A DNA stretch of 64,000 nt from Vicugna vicugna. Taxonomy: Eukaryota. The position numbers were made by a program, and so were the translations under genes. Position 1 is the first letter of the stretch. Each line of letters opens with the position of its first letter. The notes below the pieces were generated by a model, which did not search any database, was not told the origin of the DNA, and saw only the letters and a list, made by a program, of their open reading frames with translations. Location of the stretch: NCBI GenBank assembly GCA_013265495.1, contig MU058206.1:186001-250000 (forward strand). The letters are read 5' to 3'. Of the stretch, positions 25,839-37,086 are shown in pieces.

Positions 25839-28800
25839 AAAGGAGGGTGTCTGGGGAGAAACCAAGCACCTCAATACAGAACCAACAGCCTCTGACCGAG
25901 CCCCCTCTCTGTGCTAGGCTGGCAAGGATGTCACTGCATCTAAGTCCAACTGGAGGACTTGCTTCAGTTTCTTTTCCCTAAATGAGACAGCTAGGCCTCA
26001 GCCTTATTTCTACGGCAACCACATTGTAGTGAGGGGGCTGGCCCGCGCCTCACCAGCCACAAGGTGACAGAATCACCGTCTGTCTCAAAGCCCTCAGCAA
26101 GGCCCCATCTCCCCTCCCAAACCCCTACATTCTTAGTCCCTTTGAGGAGACTAACAAGCTCTGTTTCCTTCACGCCCAGGAAATAAGGGAGGGGGACACT
26201 TAAAAAAAAAGATTAGGTTTTGACAGGAAAACAAATCTACCACTTATTTTAAAAACCACATCCCAAATGGTCTGGTGAGCACCTGCTAACTTGGGCACCA
26301 CAACCGATTAAGGGCAAAACCAAGGTGTCAGTTTCCCCCTCAAAATGCGACCAAAGCCCAAATCAGACACTGACATGTCTTGTGTCATCCTCCAAGGGGC
26401 CGCAGGCCAGAGCAGTGTGGTCCCCGGGTATCTGGCAGGGGCTCAGATGTGAGAGATCCAGTTCTGACCACGGGTCTGCCCTCAATGCAGTGTGACTAGC
26501 CCACACCACGCCCTCACTGGGCCTGCTCTCCCATCTGGCCAGCAAGTCCCAGACTAAGCCTCCTCTTAGGGACGCTGTACAGAACAGAAGATGAGATGCA
26601 AAAACACTCTTATGTCTTCATTAGGTAAATTATGTTAAACTAAATTACTGTCAGTTAACCACTTCCCCTGCCACAATCTTTTAGGATAGAAGGTGGGGGT
26701 GAGGGAGCCTAGGAAGAGGAGACGTGCAGGGTGAGTTCCAGCCACCACAGTCCCCTGGGAAGGCACACATCTTAGTGTCAGAGCCCCTTCCTTTCCTAGT
26801 GATGGTCTAATCCAGCACAGACAGCACTCGGAGTAAATGGTGCAGGGATGATAAAGTCACTGGTAGGTGCGGGCATCTGTAGCTGCGGTCAGCACTCGAG
26901 TTGTGCCAGGCACTGAGACCTCCCTGCAACGTTCTTAGAAATCTCACATGTGAGTGTAGTTGAGATAGGGGCTCCTGCGCTTACCACCCGCCGTGCGCAC
27001 ACCGGAAAGATCTGGGTATGGGGGTTCTGCCCTGCAACTGTGTGATTATGGTTAAAGGAGAAGCGTTGAGAAGTCACAACGGCTGCTTGTGGTTGGAAGA
27101 TGAACTGGTTTCATTTCTGGAAAGTACCTCTCTCAGATTTGGGAAACAGACGGAGGGAAATGGGACAACTGGCCGTCCTGTGAGAGAGGAGACGCCCCTG
27201 TCATGACAGGCTGTGACAAAGCGGCGGGCTGCCTGGGCACCGGCTGGGTGGCTGCAGGAGGGTGGAGTGTCCTGTTTACAGTGCTGTGGGGTATTATCGG
27301 CCCATCGCAAGCAGCAGCCTCCACAGTCCGGCCACCTGGCGAAGCACCCTGGCACCGGGCCAGGCCATGTCACCATGCAGCCCAGCAGCAGCGGATGCTT
27401 TGGTTCTTGAGCAATGGCAAATGGAAAAAACAAAACAAAGCAGCGCACACCGGAGATAAGAAGCTTTAGGTGCTATCTGCCAGAGCCACTTGGCCCTGCC
27501 TCCCAACTGCTGCATTTGCATGGCTTCAGAGAGAGGGGGCTCTGAGTGGAGACGACCAGCGGTCAAGCGTTTGCATGTTAGGAGACAGGGAACAGGGCGA
27601 GAAGCACACAAAATAGGGCTGACAAGACACAACCCAGAGTGGCCAAGGGGCCTGGCACACCACAGTAGGCTGACTGATTCCTTCAGCGGCAGATCATGAG
27701 CGCCCACTTCGAGCCAGCCCTCCAGTAACGCTGGGGATACAGGGGACGTCAGACAGGAAGCTGTTGACCAGGTTGTGGTGGGGATGGCTGACACAAGCCC
27801 GGTGCTAGGCTGCCAGCAAAAGCTCTGGGGGTTCCCACAGCCGAAGCCTCTTCAGAAGGACCACCAGTTTGTCTCTGCTTTTCCCTCATATCCCTGGCTG
27901 GAGATCACCTCAGGCCTCACCACACCAGCAAACCTCCACCCCAGGAACCCCAAGGAAGAGGGCGACAGCTCTTAGAAGGAGTGGTCAGGGGAAGAAGGAA
28001 GGCAGCAGACGACACAGGAAGTGAGGAACTGAGCTGCGCTTCTCAACTTGGCCGGAGATGGACTAGCGGGTGAAGACTCAGCAGCTTACGAGTGGGGTCC
28101 AGCCCTTGACCAGAGCGTCCTGGCTGGGCATCTAGAGGGGCTACTTCGCTTATTTTACTATCTTCAGGGCAATGCAGGGGAGAGAAATCTGAGAAACAAG
28201 ACAAGGCTTCTCTCCACCCACCAGTCTCTATTAGCATGAGGTCTAGGGATCCCAAAATATCCAACCAAGACTCCAGAAGGAAGAAAAGAGAGCCAGCCAA
28301 CGAGACTTCACTCATGGCAAAACTCAGCAACTAAATAAGTTATTAGTCACTTTCTCATGTCATCGGGCTTTGAACCATTATGAGCACTAATCTTCTCACC
28401 TCCCCTCTTGAAGACAAACTAACTCTCATTATAACAGAAGCTGTACATATTAGAGGAAATTTCAAAAATGCAGATTAGCAAAAACTGAAAAATAAAAACT
28501 ACACGTGCCCCCACTCAGAAATCACCACTATGCACATCCTTTCTGTGCACATGTTTGCATATATATTTTTAATAAAATGAGGTCTTATTACACATGTTTT
28601 TCTAACCATACGCTTTTTTCAGTCACTGATCTTGCTCTCAGAAGGAGAAGCAGGCAGGGGCAGGGCTGCCCAGGAGGCTGAAGCAGGGCAGATGGTTGGA
28701 CACTGAGGGAGCAGGTCCTGTCCTGTCCCGTCTCCTGGCTATGATGCAACACTTTTATGGGGGGCGGGGAGCAGGGAGGATGCTAATCTGGACAGGAGCA

Positions 28801-29507
28801 AAGTAAAACAGAGATTCAGAATTTCTAAACATTTCCCCAATACCAGATTTGCAGTAAGTGGGGGAAGTTCCTCCTTGCAGCTTCACAGGGATTACTTTTC
28901 CATTTCAGTACGTGTGTTGGGATTAAATGGTACAGGCGGTCGTCTTAGCTGCTTGTGGTCCGGCACCGCTTAACTGCTTAACTCAGGGACATGTGGGTTT
29001 TGGAGGGAAGTTGTGGTCAAACCGAAATCCCCAATATGACTGTACAAAAGTTAGAAGCCTTCGCTGGAAAGCCCAAGGAGACCCCATCCATCCCGGCTGG
29101 GAAGATTAAACCTGGGGCTTTAAACACTTCTTTCAACACCAAGCAGTAGCTCATTTCAACCATAACAAAGAGAAGAAACTAAAGAAATTAGATTAAACTA
29201 GAAAAAAAGAGTAACAGCACACTTCCCTTACCACCAAGGCTCACCTAAAGAGAAAAAGAGTGCTATTTGTACACACGTTAAACTTCTCAGCCAGGACCTC
29301 AGTTAATTACTAACTCCATATTTCAGTGTGTAGCTCAAGTGAAAGCATTTCCAGCTGTGTGTCTGACTCCCCGGGATGCAGACCACATCCATCAGCAGAT
29401 GGAGAGAAGGGCCAGGAGAAACCCATTTGGATATGTCACCATGGGCAAAAAAATCAGGAAGACGCTAACTCTTTGTGTCAGCAAGGAGGGAAAAAGGTGA
29501 CCCTAAA

Positions 29508-29539
29508 GTGTGTGTGTGTATGTGTTTGTGTGTGTGTGT
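29508..29539. repeat. Imperfect (TG)n microsatellite
   Basis: Directly visible. Confidence 0.9.
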
Positions 29540-30422
29540 ATAGGGTAGACAGCAGTGACTTAGACATTTGTTCAATCCTCAAGAAGCTGCAGTTAGAAGA
29601 AAAGGAAGTGATGTGAACTTTTCACCTTTTATCTGAATTCTCTGAAGAGGAGTTCTGAAGGATTTCAACATTCATAGGACAAGACAAAATATGAGCAGTT
29701 ACTGATTGGAGCATGCTTTCCTTCGGGATCTATCTGGCCTTTGCAAGAATAGCAGAAGCAGCCATAGCCTAGCCTTCTTCCCCTAAAAGCAATCCTCACC
29801 CCCCGGTTATCTGGGGATGGATTTCTGGATGGCTATAAACTCCAAGGACAGGAATAGGCCCTTCACTATCTTCACTTCAGACAACAATCAGATCCTTATC
29901 AAGCAGAGAAGAAATCGTGATGTCCAGTCAGCTCTTTAAAGGTAAATGAAGTGGAGGAAGCACCAGAGATTGGGAAGGTTCATCTACAGTAAATCCTGTG
30001 AGAGGACAACTCTGCCCTGATTTTTGTTCTGAATGTGTGTGCCCCACACACTCTCAGGGAGTCTCCTATGTTAAGAGGGGGCAGAGCTTCCAATGTGTTC
30101 CAGGTGGGGCCTGTGAACACCCTCATGTAGAGAGGTGAATTGGTTTCTCCAGTGCCACAGAGCAACTTGAGACTCAGGCCTTCTGCCCCCACAGATGACT
30201 TTTCAAAGGACATTTCCCACCCTTGTGTTTCATTGTCAGACTCAACCGTCACGATCCCGGCCACCAGGTTCAGGAACCCCCCCTTGGACTGGAAGAGTTC
30301 TATTCCTTTCCCTTGCTAGGAGCCAGCTCACTCACACCTGGGTCTCAGGAACACTGTTTTACCCACTGAGCATGTAGGACAGGCAGTGGGAGGGAGAAGA
30401 CAATTTTAAAAGGAGCGACCCC

Positions 30423-30814
30423 ATAGATAAACAAGTTTATAATGTATAGCACAGGGAAAGAGATTCAAGATCTTGTAGTAGCTCATGGTGAAACAGAATA
30501 TGAAAACGCATATATGTATATTCACGTATGACTGAAAACTGTGCTGTACACCAGAAATTGACACATTATAAACTGACTATAACTCAATAAAAAAAGTATA
30601 ATTATGTATAAAATAAACTACAAAGATATACTATACAACATGGGGAATATAGCAAATACTTTATAATATATAATAATTATAAATGGAGTATACCCTTTAA
30701 AACTTGTGAATCACTACATTGTACATCTGTGACTTTAAAAATTTTTAAAATAAATTTTGTAATATTAAACTTCAAAAAGAAAGAGTGCCAGAAAAAGTAA
30801 AAGGTAAAAAAATT
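30423..30814 (+). mobile_element. Two tandem L1 3' ends of cetartiodactyl type inside one TSD pair
   Basis: Segment 1 (about 30423-30594) and segment 2 (about 30595-30775) both resemble L1 3' termini; TSD aaaaggagcgacccc (30408-30422) / aaaaggagcaatccc (30815-30829) at a TT/AAAA site. Confidence 0.8.
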
Positions 30815-31229
30815 AAAAGGAGCAATCCCTTTTCCCATGAGGAAAGTAAGAAGCAAGTAAGAGAAAGAAAACGAAGTAAGAAAAGAATTACAGATAATGT
30901 TCAAATAGTCAAAATAATTTCTGCTTTGTGAACAAACCATGACTTATTTTTAGCTTCATCCAGCCTGCCTTCTCCCTGACCTCAAGAAAAACTACCAGAC
31001 AGCAACATATGTGTAAGCAGCTGATACTCAGTTTACTATCAGCTCAAAACAAACAAAATATCTGGACTTCGACGGAATTTGATGGCCTCATTTTGTCCCC
31101 TTCCCCTCAACGACTCCAAAACCCAAAAGAAAAATTTTTACTCCTCTTTAGAATAGCTCACAGCAATATTCACGTCCATCAGTGTTAATTTAGAACCAAC
31201 TTTATGCAACTCCCAAAATAACAGCTCAA

Positions 31230-32630
31230 TCAGGAAAAGTCATCAATGGATATCAACAGTTCTGAGCAAAACATTGTGGGGGAACAGAATATTTAAATAA
31301 TGCCAAAGTATCAAGGGGAGGGTATAGCTCAGTGGTAGAGCACTGTGCTTAGAATGCACGAGGTCATGGGTTCAATCCCCAGTGCCTCTATTAAAAAATA
31401 AATAAGCCTAAATACCTCCCCTCCACCACCCAAATAATAATAAAAAATAAATTAAAAATTTTTTCTTGTCTTTTATGATATTAATATTTTTCATTTTATT
31501 CTTGAGGGTTTTTTACAACTGGTAATTTTTTTCTCATTTGCCCCTAATTATTATGATTAAGGAGTTCTATATCATACAGAAATTACCTATGAAGCCACAA
31601 AGAGATATAGAGGCAACTTAAACATATATTGTGAAGTAAAAGAAGCCAGTCTGAAAAGGACATAAACTGTGTGAGTCCAACTATATGACACTCTGGAAAA
31701 GGCAAAACTATGGAGAAAGTTAAAGTATCAGTGGTTTCCAGGGGTTGGGAGGGAGGCAGGGATGAGTAGGTAGAGTTCAGAGCAAAAAAAAATTTTTTTT
31801 TAATTCCAAAGTACCTCCCTGTAAACCACTTACAAGAGAATAATGTACTTTACAATGGGAAATTTGGTGGTCACCACCTCAAGTGATCAAATTTAGCATC
31901 ACTAGTAATGGTCATCCTGACATCCCCTGCCCCTGCATCCAAAAGTGATAAACACGAAGTACGTAACTTCCTCCATGAAATGTTCTTGCCAAAAATGTTT
32001 TACCTGAATCGATTTGGGCCCCAGACCTAACTTCCCACCTGCAGGAAATACAGAGGACAAAGGAACAAGTTAAATGCCATCACGAGGGAACAGTCAGAAA
32101 AATTCAGAATGTGGCACAGCGAGAAGGCAACTGGTCCACACTTTCAAAAAGTCAGTCATTAAAATACCAAAAACCTAAAAACAAACAAAAAAACAGAGGT
32201 GGGAGGGGAATTTTAAATAGAGAAATTTTTTTTAAAATGTAACCAAACTGGATCCTGGTTCAATAATAAAAACAAAAGAGTCATCAAAGGGGAAATCTGA
32301 AAATGAACTGGATATTAGATAAGATGGAATTATAGTTTCCTTAAGATGTGATAATGATATTGTGATTATGCAGAAGAATGTTCTTATTCTCAGATGTCAC
32401 TGAAGTTAACTGGAGAAACATGATGATATTTGTAACTTATTTTCAAACAGTTCACCAAAAAAGCATCTATGGAGGCTCAGACACACATACATAATATACA
32501 CAAAGAGAGAAGAGAGTTTAGACAACTGTGGCAAAAAGTTATCAATGAGTTTAAGGTGAAAGGTAAATGGGTGTGCACTGTGCTTATAACCTTTCTGCAG
32601 CTTTACAATTTTTCCAAAATAAAGCTGTGA
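31230..32630 (+). mobile_element. L1MC4-like old L1 3' region, interrupted by a SINE plus another L1 fragment (about 31313-31805)
   Basis: Motifs caaagta(t/c)c, aagtgatcaaa.ttagcatcac.agtaatgg, ttgccaaaaatg...acctgaatc, 3' end tttttccaaaataaag. Approximate. Confidence 0.75.
31315..31460 (+). mobile_element. Camelid tRNA-derived SINE (Vic-1-like)
   Basis: ggggagggtatagctcagtggtagagc...gggttcaatcccc plus A-rich tail. Confidence 0.9.
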
Positions 32631-35600
32631 GGGGGAAAAAAACTGGCTTAATTTGAGAAGACAGAAATTAAATTCACTCCTTAACAAGGATCTAAACCAC
32701 TTAGCAGTTCAATCTTGGCAGGCTGAAGTCAAATTCAGTTAGGTCACTGCTCTGGTCTTCTAATTTGGGGACAGAAAAGGTAGGCGAGAAGAAATGAAAC
32801 AGTGAATGAGGCTTCACAGGAGGCAAGGAATTGGCAGATGTAAACCAGTACACGTTAGAATAAAGATACTAAGGGAAGGAGACTTTAAATTAAGTGGCAT
32901 GTTACCTAAGGAGTAAGACCCAGACTGCGGGCAGAATTAAGCAGTTTCTACAGGTCCAGAAACACATTTGGAGTCGGATAGAACCTCAGAGATGCCCAGC
33001 CAAGTTAGCTATTTCCCATTCTTGCTCTTCACCAGGAATGGGGAAACAAGTGAGATCCCAGGGAGGATGGGTGAAAATAGCTAAAGGGAAGGCAGCTAGA
33101 TTCCAGGAGGAAGGTGAAATCTCCTCTTCTGTGTGAGTACAAAAATGACAGGCAGAAAAAGACTTCTTTTCCTCAACTCAGAATTGAACGAGGGAGACTG
33201 TAGAGTCCGTCCCCAAGAAGCTCCAGGGAGAGATCATTTCATGCCCCCAGAGTTCTTCATACCCACCTGCCAGAAGGCAGGGGTTTGTACCAGAAGCGTT
33301 TGAGCCTCCTCTAGTTTTAGAATTCCCCAACTATTAAAGGGTAAGGAAGAGATGGTTACTGACCAACTCGGCTAAATTGAAGGCCCCAGAGCTCATGCTG
33401 TTAGCTGGGGCAAAATAAGTTAAAGGGGGAAAAAGGCACAAAATCGAAGGGAGATGTGCCTTACCTAGGCTGATCAGAGAGCGGTGCTATGGGCCCCAGA
33501 TCATCTCTCTCACCTCCTCCTCCAAGCAGGAGAGTATAAACAGCGCTCAGTGTACCTGGGGCTGGTCACATGCCTGGGCAAGCTGGGCGGGACTGCCAAG
33601 CTCAGAGGGCAGGTTTGCTCACTTGCTACACCTCAGTAGGTCTGTCCGGATCTCTGCCCTGGGTCATTTTGCTCGGGCTGGTGTGCAGGGAGGGGGCTTC
33701 TAAAGAGCAATTGCTCAGTTACGTTCGTCAAGGCCATGAAGTCACAGAACTTGCTTTGCCTTCAGGGTCTAAAATCGTATTAGGGTTACTCTGCCCAATC
33801 CTCAAAGCCTTGAACACCTGCGTGGGCCATTTTGTCCCCTTTGTAGAAAGTCTTCTCTGGTTAGCTCTGTCTCCTTACTCAGGTTCTACTGTGTGTCTCC
33901 AGCTTCAAAAAGGAAATTCTCCAAAGACCACTACGTCCCACCTAGTGATTCCCTGCCTGGCCTCTGACAGTCTGAAACTGATCCAGCCTGATTTCAAATC
34001 CTAGGCAAATTCCCAGGCTGTGCCTGGTGGAAAAACCCCAAAGTGTGCTGAGCAACATTCCAGGGCAGCCCCTGCTCTGAAGCCCTGGTCTTGCTGATTG
34101 CTCAGGTCTCCTAAGGGAGGCTCAAAGGTTATACAGTGCCTCCAGGGTAAACCTTGTCTGAAAAGCAAGATTAAATGGCCCCTCCAGAAAGAGTCTTGAA
34201 AGGTATGACCTTGGGAAGATTTTTCCTACCCTCAGTGTATGACTGAGACCACTGATGACTTCATAGCAGAAGAATGCTTGTCAGGTCACCTTTCCACGTG
34301 CGCTTCCAGCGGCAGAGGAGGACACTGCAACACATATCACTGGAAGGTAAGTTACACCATCTTCCCCACATATGATGCACTTTCTCTCAACTCTTAAATC
34401 AAGAGCTGCTTAACAGCAGTATCACCTTCTTTTGTAAGTCAGAGAAAGAAAAATTCTCCTCCTGAAGCAAAAGGAGAATTTGATTCCAGGAAACAGCCTG
34501 GTTTGTTAATTACCAAGACGTCCTATCCAGGCCTCTAAGAACTGGAAGGGAAAGGCTCAGTGGTCACAGTCCCCTCTGAGCAGACGGCTCTGGCCATTTA
34601 CACAGCAGCTCCAGTGCAGACCTCTAAGCTGCAGGCAACCCGACAGGAATTCGGGGGCAGCCTTGTCTCATCCTCCTGTGTCTTGTCCTGGTTCCGAATG
34701 CCATCCAACTGCAGATGGTTTTAGGGTAGGACAGAGACAAGAGAATAGTGGGGACAGCCTCTATAACTTCATAACTGCCTAAGGACAAACAATCAAAGTA
34801 TATAAACTGGCATGATAACACAGTAAATGCTCTTGGGTTGACTTCATATAACTGGCTGGAGTCCATGAAAAAAACCCTTTGATGCCAACTTAATCACAGT
34901 CTCACACCCTGGGGTGGCTGAGGGAGACAGTTTAGATAAAGAACACATACTAAAATTAAAGATTTTCAAAAACTTGTCTTTTCTATGTTAAGAAGTAAAG
35001 TAAGACTCATTCACTTATCCCAGGTCTGGAAGCTGGGTAAGTGTCAGTAACAATGTCAGGAATAATTCAAGTGCCTTCAAGGAGCAGACAGATGTATAGC
35101 GCATGGTTTGGTGTGAGAGAAAAGGGGGCTGGGAACAAACAGTAGTGTTGGAACCTCTAAATCTGTCCAGTAGTGATTACCAGACCCACCCCTTCTGGGG
35201 CCCTGCGGTTAGTGGAAGGCTTTTGTGGACTAAGAGTGAAACCCCCACTTTGTGTATGAAGTTGTCACTCCTGCCCTCTCGGTGAGATGTGCCCCATGCC
35301 CTCCCTCAGTCTCCTGTACATTCACAAGGCAGTGGGCACAACACACTGACTGGTTCACCGCGAGAAAGCTGTCTGGCCCGGCCCATAAACTGGCATCGCT
35401 TTCAATAGAAAACTCAACTCCTCTGCCCCTCGGATCTCTACTATAAAAATACAAATTGTATTACTCCATGGCTTGGCACAAGAGAGCCTTCCGATTTCAT
35501 GCATTTCAAGAAATCAAGAGTTTAGTGAACAGCAGAGTGACAGCGTTTCTCAGAATAAGGAGGCACTTTTCCCTAGAAGGTACCTGAACATCCCGAATGT

Positions 35601-35964
35601 GCTCAGCGGGGGCCAGCAGCCTCCTGCTGCCCTGTCGACCACTCTGCTGGGTCACTGCAGGGCGCAGACTGGGCTCAGACACACGGCAGCGGCACCCAGT
35701 GGTTCTCAGAACATGATGCCAACCTTGTCCAGCTCGAGTAGCAGGGACAATCTGCAGTCTCCCACAGAACGGTCAATACCTGTGCCCAAAGCCTGCCTCC
35801 GCCTCACTGTGCTACACGAACTCAAGACGAGTCACAACTTCTCTGGGCTTCAGTTGTTCTGACTGTTTAATGGGGAGAATAAGAGATCCTATAAGGATGA
35901 CAGAAGAAAACTTCCATTCTAAAGAACTCCCGGTACAGTCAAATTGGTCTCGCATATAGTCATT

Positions 35965-36120
35965 TTTTAAACTTTTTATTTGTAAATAATTTCAGATATA
36001 CAGATGCAAGAACAAGAATAGTACACAGAACACCCATATCGCTTTGACCCAGGCTCGCCTGTCGTTAAACATTTGCCCCAGGGTGTTTATCATTCACTTT
36101 CTTTCACATGCGCTTTTTCT
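35965..36120 (-). mobile_element. Old L1 3' end, reverse orientation
   Basis: ttttaaactttttattt..aaataatttcaga..tacaga...aagaatagtaca.agaacaccca pattern. Confidence 0.65.
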
Positions 36121-37050
36121 CACATAAGCACTCATACACACACTCTCCCACACTCACACCTGGCACTCGCATGTTCATACTCAAGACGCACACATACGTA
36201 CATGCTCACATTCAGATACATACATGTACTGTCCTTTTTTGGGTTCTGTGTGGTGGTCTGTCTGAAAACAACCAGGAGGGACAGAAGGGTGGGAGGTTCA
36301 AGGTGAAGAGAAAGCAAAGGGGATGTGTTATTGGGTGATGGTTCCACAGCCCCGCTGCCCGCTCCCCGCTTCCAATGCATACAGCAAGCATTCAGGTGTT
36401 CTCGTTTAGAGATGAACTATCACGTGGACAGGGACCAGAAAAAAGTACTTGTTACATAAGATAGTTGGTTACACTTTTCATTTTCTTTAAACAAGAAAAA
36501 CCACAAAAGACAACAACAAAAGTATTTGTATGAACCATGGAAATAGCTTTATTATATAAAATCATTTTTATAATGGGACTTGATGGTTCCACATAAGCAT
36601 ATGGTTACTAGAACATTCAAGAATTCTATATGAAATCTGGTTTTGCAAGAGAGCTGAGGAGGTAAAAGCTGCTCACATCCCTCTCTACGAAGCAGGCCTG
36701 GTAATTCTCCATGATACCAAGTCCCTAGACGGAGTTTTCACCTGAGTTCAAGTCCCTGCAAGGAAGACATCCTCAGGTAGAGCACGGTAGAGGGTCGGGA
36801 AGCCAGGGGCTCCTGACATGGAAGCTAAGTTGTCATCTGTGACACGATGCCACCTGCACCTACCCCCACCATAGAAATGTACCACCCACATTCATTACTG
36901 CGTGCTTTTTGGGGGTTCCATATAAGAAAGACACCCTTTCCTATCAGCCCAAGCTCAGGAATCAGGACTGTGACCCCACAGAGGCAGGAAAACCCCACCT
37001 ACCTCCTGGGCCCTACCTGTCCCTGGTAAGCCTCTCTTTCCACATGGAGA

Positions 37051-37086
37051 GAGAGCACTGAATCCTAACCACTAGACCACCAGGGA
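37051..37086 (-). pseudogene. 5'-half tRNA-Glu(CTC) retrocopy (nt 1-36) flanked by 14-bp direct repeats; not a functional tRNA gene
   Basis: TCCCTGGTGGTCTAGTGGTTAGGATTCAGTGCTCTC is 34/36 identical to the recalled tRNA-Glu-CTC, both changes being CpG transitions; flanks tctttccacatgga (37035-37048) and tcttcccacatgga (37091-37104). Confidence 0.85.

Noticed and set aside
26995-27454. 12-mer gcgcacaccgga repeated at 26996 and 27443, with MRE/ETS/GATA-like words
   Set aside because: One short repeat with no further similarity; not distinguishable from chance.
11651-31460. tRNA-like A and B boxes at 11651, 12630 and 31315 as tRNA genes
   Set aside because: No closed cloverleaf; shared AT-rich tails and a TSD identify them as SINEs.
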